NCBI RefSeq assembly: GCF_964204645.1
Contig: NC_134036.1
Location: forward strand, 11,139,859 to 11,203,858
Length of the DNA stretch: 64,000 nucleotides
Reading direction: 5' to 3'
Source: Tubulanus polymorphus
Taxonomy: Eukaryota > Animalia > Nemertea
A program made the translations under genes and the position numbers. Each line of letters starts with the position of its first letter. The stretch's first letter is position 1. Shown piece by piece: positions 60,660-64,000 of the stretch. The notes beneath the pieces are model-generated. The model searched no databases. It was not told the DNA's origin and saw only the letters and a list, made by a program, of their open reading frames with translations.

Positions 60660-62239
60660 ATGGCGGCTTACTTCGTTGCGAGCTTGTTTCCGAATTGGAT
60701 TTTGAAAATCTTTCGATGTCGGAAGACGATGGGCCAGATTTTAACGACATTTATTATAAATGCAACTCAGACGATCTGGATGATATAATTCAGTGTGAAT
60801 CGCAGACCTGCCGTATTGTATGGTACCATAAAACGTGTGTGCCAAATCTGGACAAGATGTTGACGGAAAATGCCGGGGTTTTTCTCTGCAATGATTGTAA
60901 GAAAGGTAGGTAGGCCTAGGCCCAATCGAAAATTGTGTGGTCTATATCGTAAAATATCGAAGGTAATCTATGATTTGTCTCGATTTAAATAGGTCAAGAG
61001 AAAACAGTTCTCTATGATAGAACGAATAAGTCGTCGAATCTTGGAGTTACTCCAACAAGGTCGAATAGTGATACAGAAAAATCGAGCAAAGTAAAACGTA
61101 CGTCGACAAATGACAAGAAAAAACCTCAAAGACAGCAGAAGTATGAAAGTAAGTGTTTTTATGTTTTTATTTACTGTATAATGTAAAATTTTTCACAATT
61201 GTAAATATATATAATTATAATTTTTTTCAGGCAAAGCAAACTATACACATGAGGAATTTCAACTTCAGGCAAAAGATTTATTATTAGATTCTGTAGCAGA
61301 GATAATGAAAAATGATATTTACAAGAATAACGAAGATCTGAAGCGAAACGCATCAGAAATCTTACAAGCATTAAAAAATCCAAGCAATGAACAGCAAGTG
61401 AAGCAATTACTGGAACCTCCACAGGAATCAATTTGGAATTCAGCAACAGCCGGTGATAATGAAACCAAGTTTCCAAAGAAGCAGATAGAAGTATTTTCTG
61501 CGTTTCATCAGATAGCGACTAAATCTAATGTTATTAACATTCTGGCAGTCTTTAAATCATCGACAGGAACTCTTACAATGGACAGCGACAACATATCATT
61601 CAAATCATTCTTTATAACTTTCTGAAATTCGTTCTGAAAAAAAGATACCAAAACAATATTCAAACACCTCAAAAAAGTAAAGATTTGCAGTTAACTGAAA
61701 AAGAGAAGCAGAGAGTGTATTATATGGAGGGATATGTATGTCACAAATTGTTGAGTCATTACAAGAAGTGTAAAAATAATCGGGCACGCATAATTGTTAA
61801 CTTGTTAAAATTGTGGAAGGTATCACCCGGAGTTCTATGTACGGAAAATGTTATGGCCTACACAAAGAAATGGACTGAGCTTATAAACCGAGGGGGTCTT
61901 TTTGAAATGTCGACCAGAGCATATAAGTTATCTGAAACTTAAGAAACTATAGTGAATCCAATTTTAAAGACAGATAATCTGTCATGCATGCCTTGAGATT
62001 AACGCTCATCCCTAGAAGAACAGATTTTGAATGAAACATCTGTTCAGATGAGTTGGGCCTCGTTATTTGCCAATATAGAGAGTGATTCAATAAAAGATTC
62101 ATTATTTTGTAAGGTGATAGATTGCTGGATCAAGGTTCGACTCCATTCTTTTAGTCGAGCATACATTTTCCTTTTACAAAAAGATGGAAAAACTGCAAGG
62201 AAGGGTGATAAAAGTCTCAGGAAAAAGCTAAAAGCTTGA
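60660..62239 (+). pseudogene. Three-exon gene: N-terminal PHD finger plus a domain resembling the P-transposase C-terminus; degraded
   Basis: YYKCNSDDLDDIIQCESQTCRIVWYHKTC...FLCNDC; donors near 60906 and 61148, acceptors near 60992 and 61230; VYYMEGYVCHKL...WTELINRGGLF...WIKVRLHSF...KSLRKKLK. Confidence 0.72.
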
Positions 62240-64000
62240 AAGGAAAGAATTCCATTATATACCTTTCAGTGGGAAGACTTTCTTCTTTGCAAGACAGTCT
62301 CGTCCAAAACAAATTCTCCATCGTCAGTGGCAAGCGAAAATTTCCTCCAACCACACCCTTGATAGTTTTTGAACAGGCTACGATTAATTTCCTGGCGTTT
62401 CTCTGATATTCTTCAATTGAGGGGTTGTCGTTGGAGCCGCTACATCTTCGCTGCTTGCTGTAGTGGATTTCCAACGGATCCTGGTTGAATTTAGCAGTCA
62501 GGACATACTGAACCCCATCCTCATTCAACAACTCTCTGATCAGGTTAACTGTAGATTTCACTGAAAGATTTATGTATGTTTTATATCAATTTCTTGTAAT
62601 TTTTATTGTTTTAAAGTCATTGACATGAAAATAATTCTCATTCTTACCGGTTATACGTAATCCTGCTAGAGTTTCACGACTCAGACACATTCGTCTGCGA
62701 TGACCAATCGGCAATTCTATTCTTCTAAGACACTGTGTCTCCCATGAATCGAAGAACGGTATGAAATCCTTCTCCAGCCACTGAAAAGGGAGTTGATATA
62801 TCCTGTCATTCATCCTTTTATTGTTAATTTTCATATTCACTACCAATACTTACATCTAATCTTTCAAGGTTATCTTTGGTATATGGCGCGAAATACTTAT
62901 TTCTTTGCCGAATGTGGTTATACGAATTGCTGACATTAAGACAGTAAAAAAAACGGTTCATACACTCAATGAATTTTCTCAAGGATTCTAGACTAGGATC
63001 TCCTTTTTGTTGGATTGCGGCTGCGACAGAACCACTGAGGACCTAGAAATGAGAATAGATAGATTTAGTTTAGGTTAGGCAATAACACATGGAATTCTGA
63101 TGTCGAAGAACGTACCTGTACAGCAAGTTTAACATTAATTCGTGATCCTGGTGTTAATTGTAAGTGCTCATTTGTTATTCGATGAAGATAATGAACAGTT
63201 CCAACATTCGATCTGTCCTGACACACATTGTTATCTTCATCTCTGAAAACTTGGATGGAACTAAATTCATTAACTGCGTCCATTTAATTGGCAGGCCATT
63301 CAACTGTAAGAGAAATCAAGTTCAACATAAGTAAGAATTTTTTATGAGATAAACGAAATAGTATCTACTATGAAAAATACCAACGTTACCTCGAGGTTTC
63401 TTGTCTTGTTGTGCCAATTAGAATTTTCGATATTGTTTCTCGTCGTTTTCATGAGATGTGGTACATCGCAGAAAAAGTAAACTTTTGATCCAATACGATA
63501 TCGATTGTTGGTGGAATAAACAATATCATTTTCTTCAATGTCAGTCTGGTGCATTCTGTAAAATTTTCTCTTCGGAGCTGCTCCGTCCGAAACGACTCCT
63601 CTAACATGAAAACCATTAAGTTCTAGAATTTTGCTCCCCATACAGCAACATACAACTGGTGACTCGTGAAGCCCACACATGGGAAATATGCAAAAACAGT
63701 GTTTAAATGGGTAAATATACCACGGACCATGAAAGACATAACATGTGTCGCTTGAACTTTGGTTGCATTTTCAGAATCTAAATTTTCAATCTCATTTAGA
63801 AAGTTGCCAAAATTTACGAATCCAATGAGTTCGCCAGTTTCAGTCGAATACGCGAGTCCTTGTTTGATTTTAATTTCATCGAATGCAATTATAACGTTTT
63901 TTTCAAATGGTCGAAGCTGGTCAAATTTAATGTCTTTCTTGATAAATTCGATGACATCAGCCGAAAATCCTGGTGTTGTGTTAAGGTGATGGGTGTAATC
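62217..64000 (-). pseudogene. P-element/THAP9-like transposase, multi-exon, frameshifted, runs off the right edge
   Basis: IAFDEIKIKQGL...LIGFV; VVSDGAA; FCDVPHLMKTTRN; RINVKLAVQV; LSRETLAGLRIT; LTAKFNQDPLE..YSKQR..SGSNDNP. Confidence 0.9.

Overview
This is eukaryotic animal DNA with GT-AG introns, probably from a marine invertebrate (inference). Many TTG/GTG-started ORFs in the supplied track are therefore not meaningful. The window is an almost gene-free pile of nested transposable elements built on a small tandem array of intronless peptide-type rhodopsin GPCR genes, both now broken. Left to right: (1) a spliced SET-domain (PR-Set7/KMT5A-like) pseudogene missed by the ORF track; its 63-bp coding repeat exon is split by a CR1-group LINE with an intact ORF2, and one intron holds a palindrome with two minimal hammerhead ribozyme cores; (2) a RAG1/Transib-like transposase pseudogene with an intact two-exon chromodomain gene next to it; (3) a 3' LTR carrying a non-autonomous CAC...GTG element with a 4-bp TSD; (4) a KDZ/HMGXB3-like transposase relic; (5) GPCR 1; (6) a complete 8.7-kb Chapaev-type element (TIR CACGACGGTACG, TSD TAAC) whose RAG1-fold transposase has a built-in PHD-like finger; (7) GPCR 2, truncated by an AT-rich Polinton/virus-like segment, which is cut by a second Chapaev-type element, which in turn holds a hAT element; (8) fragments of a Polinton-type PolB, a tyrosine recombinase, a third Chapaev transposase and a BEL/Pao integrase; (9) a P-element-like transposase facing a convergent gene that combines a PHD finger with a P-transposase C-terminal-like domain. 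The recurring theme is mobile elements carrying chromatin writer or reader modules (SET, chromo, PHD). Family calls come from motif recognition only; no database searches were run.
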